Below, piece by piece: positions 9,828 through 20,136 of a DNA stretch of 64,000 nucleotides. The notes beneath the pieces were generated by a model. It worked only from the letters and a program-made list of their open reading frames with translations. It searched no databases and was not told the origin of the DNA. The first letter of the stretch is position 1; each line of letters begins with the position of its first letter. Made by a program: the position numbers and the translations under genes. The stretch is taken from sequence record NC_070956.1; one strand, written 5' to 3'.

Positions 9828-10121
9828 ATGAACAACCAACTCAAAAGCACCTGCGTCAATCTGACCAACAACTTCTTCTTCTACAAGAATGAAAACGGCG
9901 TGGTCTATTTTTCCAGTTATCAACTTTCACTGGATGGGTTCCTGGAAATCACCAGTGATGAACTTTATGCGGTCCTCGATGGACTCGATCACTTCTATCT
10001 GAAGGCCGAGATAATCGGTGAAGTAGAAGTGCACGAACTGGTCACCGAGACCACCAAGGTTCACGCCACAATGTCTGGTCACAAACATGTGATCGCCGAT
10101 ACTTTCTACTCCGTCTGGTAA
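9828..10121 (+). CDS. hypothetical protein
   Basis: 97-aa ORF, AAAGGA RBS. Confidence 0.7.
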   Translation: MNNQLKSTCVNLTNNFFFYKNENGVVYFSSYQLSLDGFLEITSDELYAVLDGLDHFYLKAEIIGEVEVHELVTETTKVHATMSGHKHVIADTFYSVW

Positions 10122-10130
10122 GGTTGTGAT

Positions 10131-10445
10131 ATGTCCAATATGCAAGTACAAATCCTTCGTCCCTTTGACATCGTTCGCTGCTGCAAACATGGAGACACGT
10201 CAATCGGGATGGTGACCGAGGTCACTGATGGCAATCGTTGTAGTATCGATTGGTTCGTTAATGACGCCAACATGCCCAATGCTTGGATCAACGCCATGCA
10301 ACTTACCATACTGGGTAACTGTATGAACGCGATCGCAAGAGCAATGGCACATCCCATGGGTTCGGGTGCCAAACACCCTGACGACATGTTCCCAATGACC
10401 GTAGACGGTCAAACCACTCCCTACCGTCACAACTCAGGACGTTAA
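10131..10445 (+). CDS. hypothetical protein
   Basis: 104-aa ORF, tightly packed. Confidence 0.7.
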   Translation: MSNMQVQILRPFDIVRCCKHGDTSIGMVTEVTDGNRCSIDWFVNDANMPNAWINAMQLTILGNCMNAIARAMAHPMGSGAKHPDDMFPMTVDGQTTPYRHNSGR

Positions 10446-10447
10446 CA

Positions 10448-10660
10448 ATGTATCACTTACTCGCGCAACAAAACAACCCGCAACGCCCATTCATCGTAAC
10501 TGCTCTCAATACATCCAGGGAGTTACTGGAGTTTGAAGGACTGTCTTACGACATTGATCATGTGCTCCCCGGGGTTCTTGCACAAATGGATATTAAGGAT
10601 GAAGAACGAAATAAAGCGTTAGAATTTCACCAGCGTATCCGGTTACTCGGTAAAATTTAA
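10448..10660 (+). CDS. hypothetical protein
   Basis: 70-aa ORF, tightly packed, terminator downstream. Confidence 0.65.
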   Translation: MYHLLAQQNNPQRPFIVTALNTSRELLEFEGLSYDIDHVLPGVLAQMDIKDEERNKALEFHQRIRLLGKI

Positions 10661-10673
10661 AAAGACAGCAAAA

Positions 10674-10702
10674 GAGCTAGTCACCCATTGGGTGACTAGC
10701 TC
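10674..10702. terminator. bidirectional terminator between the early array and the tail operon
   Basis: GAGCTAGTCACCC-ATT-GGGTGACTAGCTC perfect inverted repeat between convergent genes. Confidence 0.8.
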
Positions 10703-10727
10703 TAGTTATATTACTGTTTTTTTTTGG

Positions 10728-11630
10728 TTAACCGACGTAGTCAGGACGTACGATGGTGCGCTTCTCAGCGTTCATCATTTCCTGAATACCGTTATCCTTG
10801 AGACCTTGCAGGGTCGCAGTCTGGGTCTTGAAGCCGGCAGGAGCATCACGACCAGCAGGGTTGTAAAGCGGCATACGTTGGAGCATGGCTTTTGCAATCT
10901 GCTTGGCAGCGTAGGTGTCGAATTCGATCAGACCGGTGAACTCGGTGTTAACTTCACGAACACGACCAGCAGTCTGATCGATATCGAAGGACATCTCGAT
11001 GGAAGGGGTTTCCTTCGGCATCTGTGCCAACACCAGGGCGGCGTGACGGATTTCCTTGAAGTTACGGGTCGGTTCGAAGTAGATCGAAGCCATGGAGATT
11101 TCATCCAGCAGCAGATCACCCGGATAGTTAAGAGTGATTGCTTTGGGGTGCAGGATGGTCGGATCCATGATCAGGTATTCGGACCAAACTTGCATCAGCT
11201 TGGAGAAGGACTCGCCTTCCGGATCCAGGGCGTTGTGACTGATCGCACCGAACTGGCGTTGTGCACCGGTCGGGAAGGACAGCTGGGCGCCACCGGCCCA
11301 AGTGATGTCGTGGTAGTCGAGGGAAGTACGAGCGGTCAGACCGCTCCAGTTACGACTACGGGTTTCCATGTATGCGCGCAGCAGACCGTGGAACTGACGA
11401 CCGCCAGGGATGTGGTCGAAACCAGCCGGGGTTGACAGTACAACACAGTACGGACGCTGGGACACATACGGTTGCTCTTCGACATAGCGGTAGTTGTTCG
11501 GCGCGTAGCCGTACTGACCACCATGTGCGGCGTTGATCACGGGAGCGTTGCCTACGTTAAAGGCGCGATGGAATTCGCTGTTCCCGGGAAGCAAGGTCTT
11601 ATTATCACGGTGCGGATAATTAGTTGCCAT
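10728..11630 (-). CDS. tail tube protein (phiKZ gp30-like)
   Basis: 300 aa directly downstream of the sheath gene; phiKZ-type order terminase-structural-sheath-tube; highly biased codons. Confidence 0.8.
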   Translation of the reverse strand: MATNYPHRDNKTLLPGNSEFHRAFNVGNAPVINAAHGGQYGYAPNNYRYVEEQPYVSQRPYCVVLSTPAGFDHIPGGRQFHGLLRAYMETRSRNWSGLTARTSLDYHDITWAGGAQLSFPTGAQRQFGAISHNALDPEGESFSKLMQVWSEYLIMDPTILHPKAITLNYPGDLLLDEISMASIYFEPTRNFKEIRHAALVLAQMPKETPSIEMSFDIDQTAGRVREVNTEFTGLIEFDTYAAKQIAKAMLQRMPLYNPAGRDAPAGFKTQTATLQGLKDNGIQEMMNAEKRTIVRPDYVG

Positions 11631-11642
11631 TTTCTACATTCC

Positions 11643-13844
11643 TTACTGGGTAGCCAGTGAATCTTCGTTGTACGCTTCCAGTGTGGAGTCCATCATGTAC
11701 ACACCCTTGGAGAACCAGAGGCGGGTAGTGGTGAACATCACAGACTTGGCGTTCGGACTGTCTTCACGGAAAGTCGGGTCAACAGAGTAGTTGACGATGA
11801 CAGCACCGAGTTGCTCACGGATGCGAGCTTCGGCGGCGTCCTTCAGACGAGCGATGTAACCTTCCCGGCGGAGCTGGGTGTTACCAGAGATCTTGATCCA
11901 TTCGTCTTGGAGGATCTTCTCAACGCAGATACAGGCCCATACGTTGGGGAGGTCTTTCAGAACGGATTCGGTGCTGTTGTACACAGTCGGCAATGCCGGG
12001 CGGCAGAACTGAGAGGTGTTCAACGGAGTGACCGTGATGGAACCCTGGATCAGGTTGTTCGCTGCGGGATCGTCATCTTCGAACTGTACCAGCGGATCGT
12101 GCATTACACGGAGAGTACGGTTACCCTCGTTATCCGGCATCAGGTTCGCGTAAACCTTACCATCTTCACCACCGCCCGCGATAGCGAATGCGTACATGGT
12201 TTCGATGTTCAGGGAGAACTGACTGAAGGTCGGTTCGTCGATAACACGACCGGTCCACAGGTTGATGGCCGAACGGCAAGCATGAGACTGGAAGGTCTCG
12301 CTTTCCGGGATCATGGCGATCTTGGTGTGGAGTGCTTCACGAGTGGAGTACAATTGCTCTTGGCTCTTGTTCACCAGGTACTCGGTAGCACACGGTACGA
12401 CGATGATGTCTTTACGCTTGCCCAGGAAACTGATCATCAGATCTTTGATCACGTCGTTGTAACCGAGGTCCCACATAAAGGAGGTACGGTTACGGATCAC
12501 GTCTTTGACATCCAGGGAACCACGGTAACTGGTCAGGTAGCCTTCGATCAGGATCTGGTTCATAGCCCAGAACTGTTTGTGGCTTACCAGCTCGTCGGTA
12601 CCGGATTTGGTAACCCAGGGACCATCGACTGCTTCGATCCAGCTATCCGGAGCGGCAGGGTAGTCACCATTAGCGAGAGCGTACGGGTCAACACCACCAG
12701 AAGCCTGGAAGTAGTGGTTCATGCTCACACGAGAAACGTCCAGCTTATCGCCAGGGAATTTCGTGTTCCCGCCGAACACAACGTGATGATACGGATTACC
12801 GTTATGATCGACGAAGGAGAACGGGTTCATGATTGCACGAACCGGGAGCTTGTTGCTCAGGACTTCAGGGGCGACGCCCACACCATCAACATACTCGGCT
12901 TTGTACAGGGCTGCACAAACGGTATCGATGTTGGTGTTGTAAACAAATGCGTCGGTAAACGGAGCAGGGCGCTCTTGTACCGGACGGTTTACATCACGAC
13001 CGGTGAAACGGTCCAGGGCCACTTGGACGCCATAGCGGACATTGTTGTTGTCGGCCATGTTGTACAGAGTGAACTGTGCATCCGGGGTACCGGAAACAGT
13101 AGTAGCCGGAATACGCATCCCGTTATCCAGACGCTCACCGATGTTCATGACAAACGGGAAAGCACCGTAGGTGATAACGAAGCGTGCCACTTCGGTCCAG
13201 TCAGTAAAGCTGGGGTTACCGAACGCAGCATACATTGCGTTATAGGCATCGCCCACACCACCTACCAGTTCGAACAGAGGGTAGAACTTACCCTTGGCGT
13301 CATCGGGGAGGGTCCCGCCGGTAACTGCGTTCACTTCGAAACTGTTGGCTTTGCCGACAGGGGTGTCGGGACTGGCTTTCAGGATCGCGGGGAAACCAAC
13401 CACACCTTTTACGGTAGGGGTCGTTTTGTCGACAAGCGGCTTACCGGCATCGTCGAACTCGTAACCGCCAGCGGCGTTACGTACGTAGTTAGGTACATCC
13501 TGTCCTTCGAACAGAATAACACCCATGATCACCCGAGCGTGCTCTTCGTTAGCCGTCAGACGACGGAAGCTGAAGGATGCTTGACCGGCTTTACCCAGGA
13601 CACCGATGGCTACTGCAACAGGGTTGTAGTAGGGACCGTTCGGGTCTTGGATATCACCGAACTTCTCGGAGAAACCGGACATAGCAACAGTTGCACGACC
13701 GATGGGACCACGAGGAGTTACGCAGGCGAAGTCAGGGAAGTGAGCGGGAGAAGAGATGATCGGATTGGTCGGCGTCAGGTTTTCACGACTGACGATACCG
13801 TTCTGATGGACCTTCCCCGGTACCAATTTGGTAGTAGTACTCAT
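11643..13844 (-). CDS. contractile tail sheath protein (phiKZ gp29-like)
   Basis: 733 aa; N-terminal FACVTPRGP and sheath-like C-terminus (IRNRTSFMWDLGY, FSKGVYMM); synteny. Confidence 0.88.
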   Translation of the reverse strand: MSTTTKLVPGKVHQNGIVSRENLTPTNPIISSPAHFPDFACVTPRGPIGRATVAMSGFSEKFGDIQDPNGPYYNPVAVAIGVLGKAGQASFSFRRLTANEEHARVIMGVILFEGQDVPNYVRNAAGGYEFDDAGKPLVDKTTPTVKGVVGFPAILKASPDTPVGKANSFEVNAVTGGTLPDDAKGKFYPLFELVGGVGDAYNAMYAAFGNPSFTDWTEVARFVITYGAFPFVMNIGERLDNGMRIPATTVSGTPDAQFTLYNMADNNNVRYGVQVALDRFTGRDVNRPVQERPAPFTDAFVYNTNIDTVCAALYKAEYVDGVGVAPEVLSNKLPVRAIMNPFSFVDHNGNPYHHVVFGGNTKFPGDKLDVSRVSMNHYFQASGGVDPYALANGDYPAAPDSWIEAVDGPWVTKSGTDELVSHKQFWAMNQILIEGYLTSYRGSLDVKDVIRNRTSFMWDLGYNDVIKDLMISFLGKRKDIIVVPCATEYLVNKSQEQLYSTREALHTKIAMIPESETFQSHACRSAINLWTGRVIDEPTFSQFSLNIETMYAFAIAGGGEDGKVYANLMPDNEGNRTLRVMHDPLVQFEDDDPAANNLIQGSITVTPLNTSQFCRPALPTVYNSTESVLKDLPNVWACICVEKILQDEWIKISGNTQLRREGYIARLKDAAEARIREQLGAVIVNYSVDPTFREDSPNAKSVMFTTTRLWFSKGVYMMDSTLEAYNEDSLATQ

Positions 13845-13960
13845 AAGGAATTGACTCCGGAAATATTGGAAGTTTTTTGATCAAAAAACTCAATCGTATG
13901 ACCTTACGGCCACTTGATTACTGACGTTAACACGCATAACATTAATTTGGAACTGAAACT

Positions 13961-14836
13961 ATGATCTTAAATGGTTACGATACCACTGTTGGTACTCGTT
14001 TTAAAGTAAAAGATAAGGTTACGGAAACACTCCGTGCCTTGCAAAGTTCCGACCGACTCGAACTTGTTGAGAACCGTGGTGTGTACGCCATTACTCACAA
14101 GAACGACTTCGGTCTTCCTCCTTTTATTTTCCCGATGTCTATCCAGAACTACATGCGCAAGCCTGTAACCGTATTTGATCAACGGGGGTACATCAACCGC
14201 GAAGGACGCAATATCAACATCCCGGAGTATAACGTAATGCTCCTGGCTGCGTGTTTACAGCAAGACCTTCAACTGGGTAACAAAACACTTATTAAGAGTG
14301 TGCGTCCCTTCACTGTCAAAGCATTCGCCAATGCCATGGGTCGGAAGCTGGAACGGACCGTTGCAATGGACATGACCCAGAAGCGGATCCTCCGGACCAT
14401 CCTGGCTTACTACTACGTTTGTCTGATGGAAGATCCCAATGTGGATTACAAGTTCATCGCTCAGAACGTAATAAAGGCAGCGTTGCGTTATGACATCAAT
14501 GATGTTCGTGAAGTGATCGACGAGTTGGGTTACGTGGGGACACTCCCTGACCTGTTGTCCGCCATCGTTAACCATCCTTCCCTGTTCGCTCTGAAGAACC
14601 TGGACATGGCTGGTTTGGTTGGTGTTGCTGGAACGATCTTCTTCAGTACGTCCGGGTTCAAGTTCATCGTCAGCGCCGCTATCGAACTTCCGACCCTGTT
14701 CACTGCAATGTGCTGGGGTGCTGCTAGTCAACGCATTTACCAGAACACTACTCTGGGTGAAGAGCTCAACGTCAAACAAGATAAGAACGTTGAAACCTTC
14801 ATTAAACAAGTAGGTTACTATTTCCAATCGGTATAA
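13961..14836 (+). CDS. virion structural protein (position of phiKZ gp28)
   Basis: 291 aa, divergent from the sheath; synteny. Confidence 0.7.
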   Translation: MILNGYDTTVGTRFKVKDKVTETLRALQSSDRLELVENRGVYAITHKNDFGLPPFIFPMSIQNYMRKPVTVFDQRGYINREGRNINIPEYNVMLLAACLQQDLQLGNKTLIKSVRPFTVKAFANAMGRKLERTVAMDMTQKRILRTILAYYYVCLMEDPNVDYKFIAQNVIKAALRYDINDVREVIDELGYVGTLPDLLSAIVNHPSLFALKNLDMAGLVGVAGTIFFSTSGFKFIVSAAIELPTLFTAMCWGAASQRIYQNTTLGEELNVKQDKNVETFIKQVGYYFQSV

Positions 14837-14852
14837 CTTTTGGAGTTATTAA

Positions 14853-17800
14853 ATGGCTGATCAAACCGCCAAGTTCCAACTGGAACGGGCTCGCTCATTT
14901 GTGAGTGGTTCTGATCTGTCTGTGACCTTCAATATCATCCCAGCAACGCCTGATGAAAAGGCGTTGCTGGCACATGTCGAAGATCTGGACAAGGTTACGA
15001 ACACCGTAGGTTCCACAAGGACACCAACCAGCCAGAAGTTTGACTCTGCTAAACAGACAATCTCTTTTATCATCCCTGTTGTTCGCAGTGATGCCAAGAA
15101 CATGACGTACATCTTTATTGGTGACGTTACTATCGATGGCGTTCGCTATCCTTACAACTACTCATTGACAATTGAACCGGTCGATGTGGAAGTAAACAAA
15201 CTGTTCGATGATGGGATCGACATGGTGTTTGAGTTCGGTTACACCGTGCACAACACTAAGCTCCCAGTCACCATCCCTGGCGTAGTGACTCTCAATGAGG
15301 GTAGCTATGTAAAGGAAGGGGCCGAACTTCGTAAGGTATCCGAGACAACTGCCGCTGGGGTGGCATTGTATCGAGTAGAGATTGAGCTGTTCCAGGTCAA
15401 ACATCCCAGGTTGTTTATCAAGGGCTCTGTTGCCTTTGAATACCCCGAATACACAATCTATGTTCCCTTTGAGAAATGGCAAGATGAAAACATCGCTTGG
15501 GAAAGTTACCCCCGACCGCTTGTTGACTATGCCAAGAAACATATGTGGGGACACCGTGAGCTGGATAACAACTACCAACTTAAGTTGGGACGTGTTTCAC
15601 CAGCCAACGGGTTAATCAATAACTTTTTCTTTGCTGGTAAAACTTTCCTTCTTCCTGGTCCTAGTCACTTCTACCATGTCTTTAGCATGGGTGGGTTTGA
15701 CATCAACTTCTGGAACATGGGGCAAAGGAAATTAGACTGGTGGCCTTTCAACACATGGAAGACACTGTCTGAGATTTCCAACCAGCGTGGTACCAGCCTC
15801 GACGTCTATAATGGCCGTGGTCGGATGTTCCCTCGTGGTGATGTTTGGATGTTGAACACTTATCAGGGTGTGACGTTCATAGCAATGCCGGTGACCCAGA
15901 TGTACCCTATCCCCATGGATAAGAACATGTACATCCGGTGCTACACGTCGGATATTAATACCGCGACCATCTCCGAGGAAGAACAAACCAAATATCGGTT
16001 TGGCTATGCGTTCAGGGAATATTCCGATCCCGCTGATTTTACTTACATCACCGAACAGTACAGCATGTACAACAGTTTCAATACTGGCCGTGTTCAATTC
16101 TTCTTGAACGGGGTGGTGAGTGACATCAGTAAATATGTCAGGGTTAGTGGAGACCTCTTGGAGGTAGCGTACGACCCGACGATTGGTCAGACTCATACGT
16201 ACAAGTTCAAAGACTTGGCCGATTTCTATTCGGTAATGGATGAGAAACGTAAACTGATCATCTTCCCTGGTGATTTGTCAAAACCTCGGTACTACAAGTA
16301 TCATAACGATATCGATGTCTACGTTGTCAACCGTCGTACCAAACAAGCATTGTATTACCATCGTAACAAGGTGGATGCCATTCGTCAGCTTACGCATCAT
16401 GACTTCGCACTGGCCGCTGGCTATGTGGAATTCTTGATCAGTGAACTGATGAACATGGATAGTACAAAGCGTACTACGGTCAATGACATCGACATCCAGA
16501 TCTATCATCGGGAAACCAAGTGGAAGTTCGAATTGGGTCCGACTTCAAGTCGTATCAACGACTTGTATCTCCTGGAGGATCCAGAAAAGATTCTTGGGGC
16601 GATGACTGGTGCACAGAGTACAGTTAAGGAATGGTCTGCTCCGGAGTTGGAAAAGGGTGCGACGAACTTTGTTCTGAATGCCATCCTTCAAGAGCTCTCT
16701 ACAACGACTGTGCGTGAGGGTCTTGGATATAACGGTTGCTCTGTTGCACTGAGCGCATCTCCGTTGTATATGCCGTATATCACTCCGGGTGATCCTGGTT
16801 TTGAAGATGTCTTCCCGACACCTCCTTATGAAACCGGTCTGGGTTATCGTATCCCTGCGAGTTATGTTGAATCATCTACCGCGTACGAGTACGACAAGAA
16901 CGGTCTGTATATTCGTAAGGTAGGGGTGATCAAGTCCGGGTGGTATAAGCCCGGTCCTGACTGTTACTATGTCGAGTTCGTGGTTGGACAAGCCTCCACA
17001 TGGTTGGACTGTGCAATCAGCAGAACAGACGTGAAACTCAGACCTGGGTTTGGGTTCAGAGTCTATACAGCCGGATGGCTGATTGATCCTGACGATCCGG
17101 AAGTGCCCGACAACTCACTCTTCAAGAAAGAGTTTAACATCACTGCTGACGGTAAAGAGATCTATCCTGAACCTTATGAGATCAAAATCTATGGTGATGG
17201 AGAGAATACCGCTCCTGACCTCGAGATCGTCACCAGCGGTGGTCGACCAGATGGTAAGTGGGTGGATGTCACCGGAACTGATGAGTATCGGATAGTGAAT
17301 GGATATATTTCCTGGAACTTCGACACTCGGAACAAAGTGGGTATGGTGATCTTTGACACCGTTCATTTGTTCAATCAGTTTGAACTGTATCACATCGATA
17401 ACAGTATCAGTTTCCAGATCATGCACACCTGGGATATCGGTGGTCTTCCATTACCGATTGAACCCGGTCAGATTGATCTGTGGATCAACGGACATCCTGC
17501 GATTGAAAATGTCGATTACGTACTTGACTTCCCCAACGTTTACGTTATCAGCAAAATGTGGCTGAAGGAGGGCGGGCGTAACACATTCGCTTATCGCGGT
17601 CGTGGTCTTTCTGGTAAAGGACTGATTCCTTCTAGCGAGTTGGGTTTTGTCTACGACGGTGTGTTGGGCATCAATGGTCGGTACAACCTGCGTATCGATC
17701 GTCCTACCAAGACAATCATTAATGGTCGGTTGTATCTTACTGAAGCACTGGACTGGTCCGAGGATATTAACCACGGTCAAAACGTCGGTGCGCTGAACGG

Positions 17801-18302
17801 GATGCCTTATGAGGTCAAGCATATCTACTGCGATAATAAGTATGTAGAACAGTTCGATCTTCATTGGGGCTTTGATGCAGCTCGTGAGCTGGATCAACGG
17901 ATCAGTGATTACCTCACTGTTAACGCCGATTACAAACAGAATCTCCCTGTGGACTATCCCTATCTGGAAGAGGACCGTTATCGGTTATTCAGTCCGTTCA
18001 TGAACCAACTTGCCAACGAAATGCAACTCGGTTTCTTGACAGTTCCCGCTCCTACCGAGACAGAGATTGGTTATAGTGATCAAGCGATCGACGATATCAC
18101 TCGTCCTTATCAATGGTTGCTGAAATACGATCCCTCTCAAATGGATCTGGATCTGAGGTATTTCATGATCCACCCGTACAGTAATCTTCAGCGGATTACA
18201 GTCACTCCCAATCAGTTGACCGTACTCTCCAGGGTCAATGACCTGTATCTTAAAGGGAAACTTCGTATTGAAGGCTTCTTCGAGGTAAAACACGATGTTT
18301 AG
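14853..18302 (+). CDS. large virion structural protein (position of phiKZ gp27)
   Basis: 1149 aa; synteny upstream of the terminase; aromatic-rich structural-type sequence. Confidence 0.72.
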   Translation: MADQTAKFQLERARSFVSGSDLSVTFNIIPATPDEKALLAHVEDLDKVTNTVGSTRTPTSQKFDSAKQTISFIIPVVRSDAKNMTYIFIGDVTIDGVRYPYNYSLTIEPVDVEVNKLFDDGIDMVFEFGYTVHNTKLPVTIPGVVTLNEGSYVKEGAELRKVSETTAAGVALYRVEIELFQVKHPRLFIKGSVAFEYPEYTIYVPFEKWQDENIAWESYPRPLVDYAKKHMWGHRELDNNYQLKLGRVSPANGLINNFFFAGKTFLLPGPSHFYHVFSMGGFDINFWNMGQRKLDWWPFNTWKTLSEISNQRGTSLDVYNGRGRMFPRGDVWMLNTYQGVTFIAMPVTQMYPIPMDKNMYIRCYTSDINTATISEEEQTKYRFGYAFREYSDPADFTYITEQYSMYNSFNTGRVQFFLNGVVSDISKYVRVSGDLLEVAYDPTIGQTHTYKFKDLADFYSVMDEKRKLIIFPGDLSKPRYYKYHNDIDVYVVNRRTKQALYYHRNKVDAIRQLTHHDFALAAGYVEFLISELMNMDSTKRTTVNDIDIQIYHRETKWKFELGPTSSRINDLYLLEDPEKILGAMTGAQSTVKEWSAPELEKGATNFVLNAILQELSTTTVREGLGYNGCSVALSASPLYMPYITPGDPGFEDVFPTPPYETGLGYRIPASYVESSTAYEYDKNGLYIRKVGVIKSGWYKPGPDCYYVEFVVGQASTWLDCAISRTDVKLRPGFGFRVYTAGWLIDPDDPEVPDNSLFKKEFNITADGKEIYPEPYEIKIYGDGENTAPDLEIVTSGGRPDGKWVDVTGTDEYRIVNGYISWNFDTRNKVGMVIFDTVHLFNQFELYHIDNSISFQIMHTWDIGGLPLPIEPGQIDLWINGHPAIENVDYVLDFPNVYVISKMWLKEGGRNTFAYRGRGLSGKGLIPSSELGFVYDGVLGINGRYNLRIDRPTKTIINGRLYLTEALDWSEDINHGQNVGALNGMPYEVKHIYCDNKYVEQFDLHWGFDAARELDQRISDYLTVNADYKQNLPVDYPYLEEDRYRLFSPFMNQLANEMQLGFLTVPAPTETEIGYSDQAIDDITRPYQWLLKYDPSQMDLDLRYFMIHPYSNLQRITVTPNQLTVLSRVNDLYLKGKLRIEGFFEVKHDV

Positions 18303-20037
18303 TAACGCACCTAAAGCCACCAGTAATGACGGTGGTGTCGTTCCGGGTAACAAACCCAGCATCGGTAATAATGACGGTCGCAAGGCCGTCCATTATATCG
18401 AGCAAATTTTCGATCCCGATATTCACCCCATCGAGCTGATGTCCAAGTACATCGTTCCTGAAGAGGGTGAACTCGTAGTAGACATGCCGAACCATGTTTT
18501 CTACGAGGTAGAACATGTGGATCGTCACGCCACTTGGAAAACGACCCTTGGTCCTTGGAACCCGATTCCCGAGGCCAGTGGTAATGACTACACCCTGTTC
18601 CCGAAACACGAATACGGTTTCTTGCAGGGTGAAATGGCACTGATGATCGATTACAGTGTCCGTCCTCCTGTGGCTCGGGTCGATGCAAACTGTGTCGCTC
18701 CTAATGCAGCATACGCTCATCTCTATAACGGTGATGTGTTCCAGGATACTGACATTATTTCAGCCACTTATTCTGGTGTTGATTTTATCGACAACAAAAT
18801 CCCGGTATCTCCGGTTGTTCTCGATAACTTCGAAAACCTCACCATCATGGGTGCGAATACGTTCTCTGTCCAACGAAGTGATAAGGAACTCCCTAACGGT
18901 TCACGGTGTAGCCTGATCTTCAAGGATCAAGCGGGTCGACCGATCCCACCCATCTATCCGTTGGCTGTTCAGCACTGCTCTCATCTCCGTGACCATGAGC
19001 TGGGTACCCGCTACGTTAAGAGCATTGAACTCATCTCTCCATGGTTCACCAACACGTCTAATCCGAAGACCCTGTTTATCAGGATCAACGTATTGCTGAA
19101 GACGGTTGAGTTCCGTGCACGAGTTCACTACTCCGATGGTACTTCTTCTGATCCGGTTCCTGTGAATACCTTCAACGGTAATAACGGGTTCAAGCTCTTG
19201 GGTCTGGACCAGTGGAAACCGACCGTACCTGGCCAGTCTTCTGACAGCCTGGTTCTGACGTATGCGTTCGCTGAGCACGAGCAGGCTTACATGGCCCAAC
19301 CTGGTCAGCCTCGTCACATGTCCGAGAAGTACACCATCGTTGCTGTCCCGGGTGAGGGCACGTACACTCCGCGTATCTACTCCTACCCGTATTGGGATAA
19401 CATGAACGGTTGGAAGTTGAAACACTTCCTGACTGACCTGGATCGCAAGTACTGTCGTGACGTCACTGACATTGTCACACTGAACGAATCCAGTCCTGCG
19501 TTTGATGGTCGTAAGTATGGTGAAGAGCAGAACTTGATCTTTAACCTGAACATGCGTGACGTTTCCGCTAGCTATGAACCCTGGTCGTTCATGCAACATA
19601 CCTCTCCAACGTTGTACAACGATGCAACAGCGGAAGGACGTAAGTGGGATGTTCGTCACTCTCGGGGCAAGCCACCGTTCGTGTCGATGACTGTTGAGTA
19701 CATTGCTCAAGCTGGTGGTGGTGTTAAGGCCAAGTTCGCCGGGATTGCCAATGACAAAGAGTTCCTTGATAAAGGTTACTGGGCATTCGATCCTCTTATG
19801 GATCCGCTCACTGAAATCAAGGCTCCGACACCGACCCACTTCGATCTCGTTCGGGTCAATGGTTCTGTTCGGACCGGTATTCCTATTGCTGGCTGGAAAG
19901 AACTTCCCATCGATGCGTTCAGTCTCACTCCGGGTGAAGGTCTCTTCATTCGTTGGGTACGTCGTGAATCCGATGGCAATGAACTCCAACTCGGTGTTTC
20001 TGCTGCTGTCAGTAAGAAAGTCTCTGTGTTCTCATAA
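18295..20037 (+). CDS. virion structural protein (position of phiKZ gp26)
   Basis: 580 aa, overlaps the previous stop; synteny. Confidence 0.72.
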   Translation: MFSNAPKATSNDGGVVPGNKPSIGNNDGRKAVHYIEQIFDPDIHPIELMSKYIVPEEGELVVDMPNHVFYEVEHVDRHATWKTTLGPWNPIPEASGNDYTLFPKHEYGFLQGEMALMIDYSVRPPVARVDANCVAPNAAYAHLYNGDVFQDTDIISATYSGVDFIDNKIPVSPVVLDNFENLTIMGANTFSVQRSDKELPNGSRCSLIFKDQAGRPIPPIYPLAVQHCSHLRDHELGTRYVKSIELISPWFTNTSNPKTLFIRINVLLKTVEFRARVHYSDGTSSDPVPVNTFNGNNGFKLLGLDQWKPTVPGQSSDSLVLTYAFAEHEQAYMAQPGQPRHMSEKYTIVAVPGEGTYTPRIYSYPYWDNMNGWKLKHFLTDLDRKYCRDVTDIVTLNESSPAFDGRKYGEEQNLIFNLNMRDVSASYEPWSFMQHTSPTLYNDATAEGRKWDVRHSRGKPPFVSMTVEYIAQAGGGVKAKFAGIANDKEFLDKGYWAFDPLMDPLTEIKAPTPTHFDLVRVNGSVRTGIPIAGWKELPIDAFSLTPGEGLFIRWVRRESDGNELQLGVSAAVSKKVSVFS

Positions 20038-20043
20038 CAAACT

Positions 20044-20071
20044 AGAGGAAGGACCTTTCGGTCCTTCCTCT
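20044..20071 (+). terminator. intrinsic terminator
   Basis: AGAGGAAGGACC-TTTC-GGTCCTTCCTCT. Confidence 0.8.
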
Positions 20072-20136
20072 ATATTTATGTCCTGTTCTGCCTGACTAGC
20101 TGAATCCTATGTATCCACTATAACAGGTATAACTTT

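Noticed and set aside
11811-13880. 689-aa plus-strand ORF, and 10692-11435
   Set aside because: Antisense shadow of the codon-biased sheath and tube genes; no RBS; implausible composition.
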